Assembly (NCBI GenBank): GCA_938084675.1
Contig: CALKGM010000012.1
Span: 12,678 to 76,677, forward strand
Source: Candidatus Poseidoniaceae archaeon
GTDB lineage: Archaea; Thermoplasmatota; Poseidoniia; Poseidoniales; Poseidoniaceae
Direction of reading: 5' to 3'
Length of the DNA: 64,000 bases
Made by a program: the position numbers and the translations under genes. Under the pieces are notes generated by a model. That model was not told the DNA's origin, did not search any database, and saw only the letters and a program-made list of their open reading frames with translations. This document shows positions 10,243 to 18,557 of the stretch, in pieces (the stretch's first letter is position 1; each line of letters begins with the position of its first letter).

Positions 10243-11937
10243 TCAGAGTTCGAAGATGTCAAGGATGCCGTCGTTATCGTCGTCGTCATCCTCGTGGTCT
10301 TCAATTCCGTCGTTGTCGTGGTCAAATTGACCCGTAAGGGAGTTTCCGTCGTTAACTTCAAACCAGTCCATGAGGCCATCGTTGTCGTCATCGTTGTCGG
10401 TAAGATCCCAGATACCATCGTTGTCATGGTCGTAGCGGTATTGACCGGATGCACCGTCGGCTTCGTCAACATCCAGGATGTCGTCGTTGTCGTCGTCAGT
10501 GTCATCGGCGTCGTTGAGACCATCGTTGTCGTGGTCTCGTGACATGTCTTCGCCCATATCGTTGATATCGTTTCGGTTGTCAATGCCATCGTTGTCGATG
10601 TCGAGGTCGACTGAATCTGAGATTCCGTCGTTGTCGTGGTCGTAGATGTTGGTGTTCGGGTCGCCATCGTTGACTTCCAAGCTGTCGTCGATTCCATCGC
10701 CGTCATCATCGTCATCTTCAGCGTCATCGACGCCGTCGTTGTCGTGATCCATTGGGGAATCATCGATAGAATCGGGGATTCCGTCATTGTCGTCGTCGTT
10801 GTCCACATCGTTAGGGATTCCGTCGCCGTCGTTGTCGTTTTCTCCGTTCTGAGCTTGGTTGTCGAGCTGCTGGCCTTGTTGCTGGTCGGATTGCTGGCCT
10901 TGTTGACCTTGCTGTCCGTTTTGCGTTTGACCTTGCTGCTGCTGGTTTTGTCCGTTCTGGTTTTGTCCGTTCTGGTCTTGGCTGGTTTGGTCACCTTGTT
11001 GGCCGCCTTGTTGGCCGCCTTGTTGTTGTTGACCTTGGCCGTTGTCTTGTTGCTGGCCTTGTTGGCCTTGTTGGCCTTGTTGGCCTTGTTGACCTTGTTG
11101 GCCTTGTTGGCCTTGTTGGCCTTGTTGGCCTTGTTGGCCTTGTTGACCTTGTTGACCTTGTTGACCTTGTTGACCTTGTTGACCTTGTTGACCTTGTTGA
11201 CCTTGTTGACCTTGTCCTTGACCTTGTCCTTGACCTTGTCCCTGACCTTGTCCCTGACCTTGTCCTTGACCTTGTCCTTGACCTTGTCCTTGACCTTGTC
11301 CTTGACCTTGTCCTTGACCTTGTCCCTGACCTTGTCCTTGACCTTGTCCTTGACCTTGTCCTTGACCTTGTCCCTGACCTTGTCCCTGACCTTGTCCTTG
11401 ACCTTGTCCTTGACCTTCGCCTTCTCCTTGACCACCAGCTTCGGATTCGCCACCGCCTTCGGTGCCGCCGTTACCTGTGCCTGCGCCTGACTCGGTAAAG
11501 TCAGGATCGTAAGCATCAGGAATACCGTCACCATCAGAGTCGGAGTATTCACCGTCGTTGGGGTCAGTCGGGAATTGATCGGTTGCATCGGACTTGCCGT
11601 CACCGTCAGTGTCGGAGTTGTTAGGGTTGGTACCCTTAGCATACTCTTGGGAGTTGGACAAGCCATCTCCATCAGGGTCTGCGTTTCCGTCACCGCCGTT
11701 TGTGGGGTTCAATCCGTTAGCAACCTCCCAACCATCGGGGAGACCGTCGCCATCGCTGTCTGCATTGTTCATATTGGTGCCTTGTGTTTGCTCCTCTGCA
11801 TTCGTCAAACCATCGCCATCCCAGTCGGCGCCGCCGTCTGAGGGGTTTAGGGGATCTGAACCGTCGCCTGAAACTGCTGAAACAGCAGATAGGGCAAGGA
11901 ACAAAGATATTAGCACGCTCATCATTTTCGTTTTCAT
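10243..11937 (-). CDS. secreted protein with signal peptide, DxDxDG calcium-binding repeats and a ~190-aa Gly-Gln (GQ / QGQ) low-complexity tract
   Basis: Track ORF 10243..12030. The likely true start is the internal ATG at 11937 ([24 protein letters not shown], signal-peptide-like). D-rich repeats ([18 protein letters not shown]) occur in this frame on both sides of the GQ tract. No C-terminal TM. Confidence 0.7.
   Translation of the reverse strand: MKTKMMSVLISLFLALSAVSAVSGDGSDPLNPSDGGADWDGDGLTNAEEQTQGTNMNNADSDGDGLPDGWEVANGLNPTNGGDGNADPDGDGLSNSQEYAKGTNPNNSDTDGDGKSDATDQFPTDPNDGEYSDSDGDGIPDAYDPDFTESGAGTGNGGTEGGGESEAGGQGEGEGQGQGQGQGQGQGQGQGQGQGQGQGQGQGQGQGQGQGQGQGQGQGQGQGQGQGQGQGQGQGQGQGQGQGQQGQQGQQGQQGQQGQQGQQGQQGQQGQQGQQGQQGQQGQQGQQGQQGQQGQQQDNGQGQQQQGGQQGGQQGDQTSQDQNGQNQNGQNQQQQGQTQNGQQGQQGQQSDQQQGQQLDNQAQNGENDNDGDGIPNDVDNDDDNDGIPDSIDDSPMDHDNDGVDDAEDDDDDGDGIDDSLEVNDGDPNTNIYDHDNDGISDSVDLDIDNDGIDNRNDINDMGEDMSRDHDNDGLNDADDTDDDNDDILDVDEADGASGQYRYDHDNDGIWDLTDNDDDNDGLMDWFEVNDGNSLTGQFDHDNDGIEDHEDDDDDNDGILDIFEL
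10860..11420. repeat. perfect in-frame tandem DNA repeats: 9-bp unit ccttgttgg/a and 12-bp unit ccttgaccttgt, encoding (QGQ)n and (GQ)n
   Basis: Directly visible at 11041-11400 as long runs of ggccttgtt / gaccttgtt followed by ccttgaccttgtcc. Makes three reading frames open across the region (spurious shadow ORFs 10104..11693 and 10636..11490). Confidence 0.9.
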
Positions 11938-11975
11938 GTTTTTCACTTTCCTTTTATTTTGGTTGTTTTTACACA

Positions 11976-11992
11976 GAGAACCCGCTGTTCTC
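11976..11992. promoter_or_regulatory. palindrome GAGAAC-ccgct-GTTCTC about 40 bp upstream of the GQ-repeat gene start
   Basis: Perfect 6-bp inverted repeat with a 5-nt spacer. Shares the core GAAC-CC-N3-GTTC with a second site at 12209-12227. Confidence 0.4.
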
Positions 11993-12119
11993 TCTATCCA
12001 AATCGAAAGCGCACGTTGTGGGCAAGTCAATTTGGGATGTGCACGATGCTACGCACTGGTTGGATAAAATTTCCAAGAAAAATGTAAGAGATGAGTCTTG
12101 CGCTGGCTCGCAGGCAAGC

Positions 12120-12140
12120 GAAAACCGTGTTTCGGTTTTC
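12120..12140. promoter_or_regulatory. perfect 8-bp inverted repeat GAAAACCG-tgttt-CGGTTTTC in the intergenic region
   Basis: Seen in sequence. Function unknown (operator or RNA hairpin). Confidence 0.35.
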
Positions 12141-12208
12141 TGTGTGATTCTCTTACATTGTTGCTTGTTCAAATCCTCCGTATTCATCGTTTTTCACGGG
12201 TCGTTCAT

Positions 12209-12227
12209 AGGGAACCCAATGTTCCCT
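12209..12227. promoter_or_regulatory. palindrome AGGGAAC-ccaat-GTTCCCT, second copy of the GAAC-N5-GTTC-type motif
   Basis: 7-bp inverted repeat with a 5-nt spacer, about 70 bp downstream of the stop of gene 12298..13110. Confidence 0.4.
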
Positions 12228-12297
12228 CTAACCGATAGAACGGCCCAACCCTATATGAAAGGCGCGATGGGATGTGTCTTCTCAACGATGATGGCAA

Positions 12298-13110
12298 TCA
12301 ATAATTCGACGGCATCTCAGGTGCAGAAGGCAAGAGCAACGAGGCCTGATGATGGAGGACATAGCGTAGGACGGTTTCTGCTAAATCTACGTCGGAAAAC
12401 GAGTGAAGTCGTTCACCGCCATGGCCAGTTGCAGGAGCGAAGAGTTTGATCCCGTAGGGGTTGGCAAGTCTTGAAAGTGCTATTTTTGCAGCACGAACGG
12501 TATTTGAACCTTTGACGCCTTCTTCTGAAAGCCCCATTCCAAGGGAATGAATCAGTTTACCTTGGCGGACTCCGCCGCCACCAGCCATAGCAAGTAGACC
12601 CAGGATGATGAACTGGTCCCGAGTTGTAGCATCCCATCGATGAGGGTCGCCATAAAACCGCTCGGATAAGTCGCCGAGGAAGTCTTGTTGGGCTTTGCTA
12701 AGCGTGTCAGGGTTCAAAGGAAGGATGTCACTTTGGTCCGTATGGGTTGGTTCGTTTGGTAAAATCTCATTGAACGGCGTCCATTGATAGTCTCCTAGAA
12801 TCCAATTATTGAATTTTTTAGATAAAAGCGGGTCGGCACCTCTCCAACTCCAAATACTTCGTTGAAGCATTTCCGGGGCGATCGAATCAAAAACTTCGGG
12901 GGCTTCTTCAGAAAGCGTTCGAAATGCGTCCAACAATTTTTCAAAGTAAAGCTGTTTATCGGCATTCCTTCTGTATTTATTGCTCAGATAATACTCAAAA
13001 TCTGATTCTGGAATCTCGGCGTCTTGTGATGAACGAGAACCTTTCATGTTACTGATGGGGGTGCTCGTTGCTTTTCTTTGTTTTGTCAGTGTGTTTTGTT
13101 TAAATTTCAT
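12298..13110 (-). CDS. hypothetical protein (270 aa)
   Basis: ATG start, preceded by a 130-bp AT-rich tract. No recognisable motif. Confidence 0.5.
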   Translation of the reverse strand: MKFKQNTLTKQRKATSTPISNMKGSRSSQDAEIPESDFEYYLSNKYRRNADKQLYFEKLLDAFRTLSEEAPEVFDSIAPEMLQRSIWSWRGADPLLSKKFNNWILGDYQWTPFNEILPNEPTHTDQSDILPLNPDTLSKAQQDFLGDLSERFYGDPHRWDATTRDQFIILGLLAMAGGGGVRQGKLIHSLGMGLSEEGVKGSNTVRAAKIALSRLANPYGIKLFAPATGHGGERLHSFSDVDLAETVLRYVLHHQASLLLPSAPEMPSNY

Positions 13111-13238
13111 TTTTGTCCCTCTTTTCGGGGCAAATCCGTTTTTATTTTACGTTTTTACTCTTTTTTTATTTTATTATGAGCCGTTCATGGAACATTGCCT
13201 GTAAAAATAAAAGTAAGTAAGCATATATGAACTCTCAA

Positions 13239-13769
13239 TCATGCAAAATCCTTACTCATAGAGTAATGTGGACCGATTCCCAGAATCTCATACGGTTCAT
13301 CAATAACTGTCCAACCTTGTGACGTGTAGAACGGCACGGCATGTGCTCTTGCTTGAAGAAACCCTGTTCGGGCAGCGTAAGATTCCACCATGATTCGCTC
13401 AAGTTCGGCCAAAACTTGGCCGGCAAAACCGTTGCGCTGGTGCTGTGGAAGCGTTCCCATCTGACGAATTTGAAATGCGGGACGAGCAGCAGAACGGTCT
13501 GCAAGAGGCCCAAACGCTGGGATTTGAGGCGCCCCCGGGCCCTTGTGGTCGGCTCCTGAACCGTCCGACGCCGGGGGGATGATATGAGCCCGGCCAACAC
13601 AAACTACTCCCTCCTCTACTTCGACCCAAGCGTGGGCTGCCTCATCGTCATCGGCCAAGCGCTCACTCCCGACGGGCATACCTAATGGTTCACGTAACAC
13701 CGCGTAGCGAGTTGAAAAATAGGGCTCATCGGGTAGACCGATGCAGTTTTTGACGGAAGCAGGCACCAT
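13239..13769 (-). CDS. GNAT-family N-acetyltransferase
   Basis: 176 aa. Motif-A-like segment QIRQMGTLPQHQRNGFAGQVLAELE (Q/R-x-x-G-x-G/A acetyl-CoA binding loop). Confidence 0.6.
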   Translation of the reverse strand: MVPASVKNCIGLPDEPYFSTRYAVLREPLGMPVGSERLADDDEAAHAWVEVEEGVVCVGRAHIIPPASDGSGADHKGPGAPQIPAFGPLADRSAARPAFQIRQMGTLPQHQRNGFAGQVLAELERIMVESYAARTGFLQARAHAVPFYTSQGWTVIDEPYEILGIGPHYSMSKDFA

Positions 13770-13778
13770 ACATCTCCC

Positions 13779-14678
13779 TCAAAAGCCAAACATGAGAAGA
13801 AGCAAGACAAAGAGGAGGGGCGCGAACAATAATGCTGCGGGGATCGCACAAAGAAGACCAATTCCAAGAGCATTTTTGCCTTTAACGAAGGCCGCAACAA
13901 GGCCTACGACGTAGGCAATCGGTAAAGAACAGAACAACATATCCATAGAATTTTGGTTGTTTGAATAATATTCCTCGTCGGCTTCATAGTCAAAAAACCT
14001 AACATCGATTGTAATTTCCTCTGCAGTAAATTGGGATGACTTGAACCAAAAAGTTTGGTTTTGCGAAGAATAGGCGCCAATATCATTCTCTTCGTAATTA
14101 TTGGTCGATGCGTCTACATATTCTTCCACTATGAGCCGCGATTGGCCATCATAGTACCAACCTAGTCTAATATCTGCCTCGGTTGTGTTATCTTCCAAAC
14201 AACATCCTGACAGATAGTCCATGGACTCTCCATTGTTCATAGAAACCGTTTGAACGAACCACCCGTCTTCATCTGGACTGATCGCATACGATTCTATTCG
14301 AGAAAAGTTGGGATAGTCTTGATTATCGAAAAAGAGTCCGCTCAGAAAAGTTGTTCCGAAGATGACGAGCCACGGAACGGTGATTCCCAGCAAAAATTGC
14401 CCCCATCGGAATCCCACTTTTTGGGGTTGAATTTGAGCAAACTGCTGGCCGCCATAAGATAACGTGTTGACCTGACCTGTGAGTTGATTCGGTGCTAAAG
14501 AGGCTTGAGAAGGAGCAAACTGCGTTGTTGATTGTGTTGGTGCTTGAGAGGCGACTTGCCCCATCACCATGCCGGAAGGAGGAGGGGGGGTGGAATGAAC
14601 TTCGGTTGTCGGACCTTCATCAATTTCGAAAAACGGTTTGTTTTCCACTGGAGAGTTGTCACCTTGGTCTTCGTTCAT
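13779..14678 (-). CDS. membrane protein with Q-rich N-terminal region and C-terminal TM helices (hypothetical)
   Basis: Track ORF starts at a TTG (14693). The first ATG (MNEDQGDN) is at 14678. C-terminal helix LLCAIPAALLFAPLLFVLLLLMFGF. Confidence 0.5.
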   Translation of the reverse strand: MNEDQGDNSPVENKPFFEIDEGPTTEVHSTPPPPSGMVMGQVASQAPTQSTTQFAPSQASLAPNQLTGQVNTLSYGGQQFAQIQPQKVGFRWGQFLLGITVPWLVIFGTTFLSGLFFDNQDYPNFSRIESYAISPDEDGWFVQTVSMNNGESMDYLSGCCLEDNTTEADIRLGWYYDGQSRLIVEEYVDASTNNYEENDIGAYSSQNQTFWFKSSQFTAEEITIDVRFFDYEADEEYYSNNQNSMDMLFCSLPIAYVVGLVAAFVKGKNALGIGLLCAIPAALLFAPLLFVLLLLMFGF

Positions 14679-14814
14679 AATGTTCGCAATCAAAATGAGG
14701 GTTTAAACAAATCTCCTGCCGTTAACACCCAAAGACACCCAAGAACCTCAAAAATAAGATACGACCGAGGAACGAAGACGCGTTGAAATAGGTCATGTCG
14801 CTGGCGTGAATCAA

Positions 14815-14888
14815 GCACGGGTGTCGGAGCGGTTACGTCGGGGATTGCAAATCCTCTTACCTGGGTTCAAATCCCAGCCTGTGCTCCA
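14815..14888 (+). tRNA. candidate tRNA-Cys (anticodon GCA) with encoded CCA and a non-canonical D-arm
   Basis: Hand fold: 7-bp acceptor gcacggg / cctgtgc (one G-U); anticodon stem gggga/tcctc with loop ttGCAaa; 4-nt variable loop; canonical T-arm ctggg-TTCAAAT-cccag; discriminator t; cca. I could not find a good 4-bp D-stem. Confidence 0.5.
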
Positions 14889-14980
14889 AAAACAATCAAA
14901 ACGCCTTCTTTCCATGCGAGAGTTGAAAGCCAAACGGACGACCCGAAGCAATACAGACCGGACTACGGGGGACAAGGATT

Positions 14981-16120
14981 ATGCCTGAACTCAATCCGAA
15001 ATTGGACCTGGTTGGATCAGGTTTTGCAGCATTTCTTGCGCCCCCTGGCCCTGAAGTTGTTCGCTTCACCGTTGGACAACCAGATTTTGACACTCCTGCT
15101 CCAGTGGTTGATGCTGCTAAGGCCGCCCTTGACCGAGGGGAAACCGCTTACACGCGCCCTCAGGGAAGTGAATCGTTGTGCCGAGCCGTTGCTGACCACC
15201 TCAAGAAATTCAGTATCAACGCAGACCCTCATGATGTTGTAGTGACTCCGGGGTGCAAACAAGCCCTACTCTACGGAATGATGGCTACGATTAGCGAAGG
15301 AGACGAAGTGCTCCTCCTTTCTCCCGCATGGCCATCATATGATGGTATGATTCGACTCGTAGGTGGCGTTCCCATTCATGTGCCCGTGAAACGGGAAGAT
15401 TATCACCCCGACCTTGCCGCCCTTCAGGCCCACATTACTCCAAAAACGAAGGCCATCGTTCTCAACTCTCCAAACAATCCAACGGGTGCTGTTTACACAC
15501 GAGAGGAAACTGAAGCCATTGTCAAGATGGCCGTGGAGCATGACTTGTGGATTCTTGATGACATGATATACTCAACGTTAGTCTGGAGCGATGGAGGATA
15601 TACATCGCCCTGTGAATTTGATGGCGGGTCAGAACGAACCGTAACAATCGGAGGGTGGTCAAAAGGTTGGGCTATGACTGGATGGCGCCTTGGATGGATT
15701 ACTGCATCGCCTGAAATTATGGACGGCGTAAAGAAAATCAATGTCAGTTCGGCAACCCACGTCCCTACCTTCCTCATGCCTGCGGCAGAAATCGCATTGG
15801 GGTTAACTGAGGAAATTGATATGATGAACGATTCCTTTAGAGCTCGGAGAACGATGGCGCACGAGGCTTTTTCATCCCTACCAGGGATTGTTGTCCCAAA
15901 ACCAGAAGGGGCGTTTTACATTCTTTGTGACATCACAGGTACAGGTATGACAGACATGGAATTTGCAACCAGGGCTTTGGAAGAAGCAAAGGTTCAGGTC
16001 ATACCTGGTTCGTTAATGGAAGGCGGAGAGGGGCTGATTCGAGTCAGTTATGCAACATCCATTGATACGATTCACGAAGGCGTAGAACGTCTGAAGAATT
16101 GGCTTGAGAGTAGGGCTTGA
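14981..16120 (+). CDS. class-I PLP-dependent aminotransferase (aspartate aminotransferase-like)
   Basis: 379 aa. NSPNNPTG and SKGWAMTGWRLGW (PLP-lysine region) motifs typical of the AspC/AAT family. Confidence 0.85.
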   Translation: MPELNPKLDLVGSGFAAFLAPPGPEVVRFTVGQPDFDTPAPVVDAAKAALDRGETAYTRPQGSESLCRAVADHLKKFSINADPHDVVVTPGCKQALLYGMMATISEGDEVLLLSPAWPSYDGMIRLVGGVPIHVPVKREDYHPDLAALQAHITPKTKAIVLNSPNNPTGAVYTREETEAIVKMAVEHDLWILDDMIYSTLVWSDGGYTSPCEFDGGSERTVTIGGWSKGWAMTGWRLGWITASPEIMDGVKKINVSSATHVPTFLMPAAEIALGLTEEIDMMNDSFRARRTMAHEAFSSLPGIVVPKPEGAFYILCDITGTGMTDMEFATRALEEAKVQVIPGSLMEGGEGLIRVSYATSIDTIHEGVERLKNWLESRA

Positions 16121-16127
16121 ACTCGCC

Positions 16128-16487
16128 TCATACCAGTTCAACCTGGACGTAGCCTTCGTGTTCGCGAATTGGATATATCTTCAGTTCCTTTTGTTTGGAA
16201 AGTTTACCAATAAGTCTGCCGTAAGCGGGTAAAAGAGGGAAAGGTGACCATTCTTCAATGGCTCCGTCTTCAAGGCGGTGTGTTGTTTGGTGGAGGGGGC
16301 AGCGAATACACCCGTCCTTTATTTTGCCTCCATACGCAAGTGGCCATCTCATATGACGGCACAATGCTTCTGTTGCATGAAGTCCTTCGGGTTGTCGCGT
16401 GACCATGAGCAAGGTTCCTTTCACGGTCAGCATTTTTTTCTTTCCTTCTTTCAGCCGTTTTGATTTTATTGCGTTATGCCATGTCAT
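16128..16487 (-). CDS. Rieske [2Fe-2S] ferredoxin-like small protein (NirD-like fold)
   Basis: CRH-x17-CPLH pattern (ALCRHMRWPLAYGGKIKDGCIRCPLHQTTHRLEDG). The track ORF is N-terminally over-extended into the upstream gene; the ATG at 16487 gives about 120 aa, with a 5-bp gap to the FAD oxidoreductase. Confidence 0.65.
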   Translation of the reverse strand: MTWHNAIKSKRLKEGKKKMLTVKGTLLMVTRQPEGLHATEALCRHMRWPLAYGGKIKDGCIRCPLHQTTHRLEDGAIEEWSPFPLLPAYGRLIGKLSKQKELKIYPIREHEGYVQVELV

Positions 16488-16491
16488 GGTA

Positions 16492-17733
16492 TCACCGTCT
16501 TGGTAAGGGGATTTCAAATCGTTCAAGGAGGCGCTCTGCACTTGCAAGCGCGCCTTGGACTGAAGGATGAGCACGATGGTCTCCAATAAGGAACACCCCG
16601 TCAATTTCCACATCGGGAAGAAAACGAGCATGGTGGTTTGGGTCCATATGAGGGAGTGCATGTCGTACAGTCGTTGTCAAGACGTGTTTCCATCCTTGAA
16701 CGCCTGGTCCAAACCATGAGATGAGTTCCCTTTGAATTTCTTCGACCTGTGGGTTAATACCGTCTTCACCAACCAACGTAGCCGTTACAAAATGTTGACC
16801 CGTTGGAGATGGATGCAAATTCGTAGGAACATGAACATGCAGAACTTTCTGATGTTGTTCACCCCACCGCTCATTGAGCAGCAATCGTGCTTGACGGAAC
16901 GGAGGTGCTCCTGCGGAAAACACAAGGGTACTTGTTAGCCGCTCTACGGATTGGTGTTTGGGTGAATACCCAGGTAGGAGTTCAGCGGCAACATGTTGAG
17001 GAGTGGCTAAGATCACCCGGTCAAATTCCAGACGCTCCCCGTTAGCCTCAACCGTATGTTGAGAAACTGAATCTACCTTCGCGTTGAGATGGAGTGTTGC
17101 TGATTTGAGTCGTTGAGCAAGTTGCTGAGGTACAGCGGCAATACCTTTCTTCGGAACAACCATCATCCCATGAGCCATTGCACCCCACGTGAAATCTGCA
17201 AAAGAAAAGCGTTCAGAAAGTGATGGGTCGAGGGTAATTCCTGCGAAGAGAGGTTTGAGTACGCGCTGAGTGGAGGGGCGGAATCGTCGTTGTTGAAGAC
17301 CTGCCGAAATGGTTGGGGCTGCATGGTCCATGGAACGCTCGAGGTCGTTCGATGAGGTTTGCATTCTCCATTTGAAAAACCTCAAGCCGTCACGGATTCC
17401 AACTGCTTTCAGCGTTGGCAGGAGGTACCGAGGGGCCTTTAGGGCGTCGCCCATGATTCGCTTTCGGCCAGACCGAGGATCGATGGAAACCGTACAGGGG
17501 TCCATTGGTTTTGCATCTAATTTGTCAAGGTCAATCCATCGTTTAACCGTAGGATACGCCGTGTGTAGGACGTGAAAACCGACGTCGATGGGGTAGTCGC
17601 CGCAGGCAACAGTACTCATTCGCCCGCCGACGCCATCTGAGGCTTCGTAAACGGTTACTTCGTGTCCTGCGTTTTCAAGGCCAATGGCAACAGCGAGTCC
17701 TGCAATTCCAGCACCGACCACTGCAACTTTCAT
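16492..17733 (-). CDS. FAD/NAD(P)-binding oxidoreductase of the amine-oxidase / CrtI / HemY superfamily
   Basis: N-terminal MKVAVVGAGIAGLAVAIGLENAGHEVTVYEASDGVGGR (dinucleotide-binding GxGxxG + GGR). 413 aa. Confidence 0.8.
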   Translation of the reverse strand: MKVAVVGAGIAGLAVAIGLENAGHEVTVYEASDGVGGRMSTVACGDYPIDVGFHVLHTAYPTVKRWIDLDKLDAKPMDPCTVSIDPRSGRKRIMGDALKAPRYLLPTLKAVGIRDGLRFFKWRMQTSSNDLERSMDHAAPTISAGLQQRRFRPSTQRVLKPLFAGITLDPSLSERFSFADFTWGAMAHGMMVVPKKGIAAVPQQLAQRLKSATLHLNAKVDSVSQHTVEANGERLEFDRVILATPQHVAAELLPGYSPKHQSVERLTSTLVFSAGAPPFRQARLLLNERWGEQHQKVLHVHVPTNLHPSPTGQHFVTATLVGEDGINPQVEEIQRELISWFGPGVQGWKHVLTTTVRHALPHMDPNHHARFLPDVEIDGVFLIGDHRAHPSVQGALASAERLLERFEIPLPRR

Positions 17734-17737
17734 GCCA

Positions 17738-18469
17738 TCATCCCCTTAGGTTCGACATCCCGCCATCCAAATGAATGATTTGGCCAGTTATGTTGTCGGG
17801 AGCGTTTGTGAGCAACCAGAACATGGTTTGAGCAACCTCGTCGGGCTCGTTGATGCGCTTCAGTGGAATCATTCCAACAGATGCTTCTCTGATCGCATCC
17901 GAACGCAGAACCGATGCCCCGAGGCGGGTTTCTGTGAGCCCGGGGGCGACTGTATTAACCCGAATACCGCGCTGAGCATAGGTAGATGCTGCCGAACGTA
18001 CCATCGCTTCAAGACCTCCTTTGGCTGCTGAAATCGCTTCGTGATTGGTTAGGCCGTAGCTTCCTGCGACACTGGAGGTAAACACCATTCTGCCTGTTCC
18101 ATTTCTGAGCATGGCTTTACCGACTAATTTTAGCATAAGAAACGCAGAAACAAGGTTGGTCTGAATTACAGCCTCAAAATCTTCCAACTTCGTAGCATGG
18201 GGGGGTCGCAAAGCAATGGAGCCAACAAGATGTGCTGCCCCAGATAATCCGTCTTCTGAGCGCCCTTTGGCGTGTTCTACCGCAGATGAAACAACGGCTT
18301 CGTCAAGAGCATCGCCTTCAATGATGTCTGCACCCATATCTTTGAGGTGAGAAATACGGCCTACATCGCGAGCCAAGAGGGTGACGAGGTGGCCGGAATC
18401 CAGCAATTCCTTCGCTAAGATTTGTGCAATATCGCTGCTTCCACCGATCAACAAAAATGACTTTGCCAT
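17738..18469 (-). CDS. short-chain dehydrogenase/reductase (SDR) family oxidoreductase
   Basis: 243 aa. Gly-rich N-terminus LLIGGSSDIAQ, NTVAPG motif, Rossmann-type layout. 4 bp from the upstream gene, so probably co-transcribed. Confidence 0.7.
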   Translation of the reverse strand: MAKSFLLIGGSSDIAQILAKELLDSGHLVTLLARDVGRISHLKDMGADIIEGDALDEAVVSSAVEHAKGRSEDGLSGAAHLVGSIALRPPHATKLEDFEAVIQTNLVSAFLMLKLVGKAMLRNGTGRMVFTSSVAGSYGLTNHEAISAAKGGLEAMVRSAASTYAQRGIRVNTVAPGLTETRLGASVLRSDAIREASVGMIPLKRINEPDEVAQTMFWLLTNAPDNITGQIIHLDGGMSNLRG

Positions 18470-18557
18470 GTGCCTTTATTTCCGCTATTTGCTTTTATAT
18501 CCCTGTTTTCTAAGCCGGTGAACATTCATTCAAAAGGACGAGGCATAAGAGCGGCAT

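Noticed and set aside
10860-11420. Possible CRISPR array, given many short direct repeats
   Set aside because: Repeats are 9-12 bp, contiguous with no spacers, lie inside a CDS and encode GQ. There are no cas genes. It is a coding microsatellite, not CRISPR.
10104-11693. 529-aa minus-strand ORF (KDKVKD / KVNKAN / T-rich repeats) and plus-strand ORF 10636..11490 (LTLSLT repeats) over the same DNA as the GQ-repeat gene
   Set aside because: Shadow frames created by the 9/12-bp tandem repeat. Only the 10243..11937 frame has a signal peptide and the flanking D-rich Ca-binding motifs shared with the neighbouring genes.
11784-12449. 221-aa plus-strand ORF and 11594..12067 / 11969..12187 ORFs spanning the intergenic region
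   Set aside because: They run through the promoter/terminator region and the starts of two minus-strand genes. No motifs; low-complexity S/F-rich translation. More likely non-coding regulatory DNA (palindromes noted separately).
1931-14700. Calling the whole surface-protein segment a mobile genomic island integrated at tRNA-Cys
   Set aside because: No integrase, transposase, direct repeat of the tRNA 3' end or clear compositional break was found. Island-like gene content alone is insufficient, so it is kept only as a hypothesis under the tRNA finding.
14806-14988. 60-aa plus-strand ORF (GTG start)
   Set aside because: Overlaps the candidate tRNA-Cys. The Arg-rich translation is typical of reading through a structured RNA.
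16128-16661. Full 177-aa extent of the Rieske ORF as given in the track
   Set aside because: The N-terminal 58 codons overlap the C-terminus of the upstream FAD oxidoreductase in another frame. The Rieske domain begins after the ATG at 16487, which leaves a 5-bp intergenic gap.
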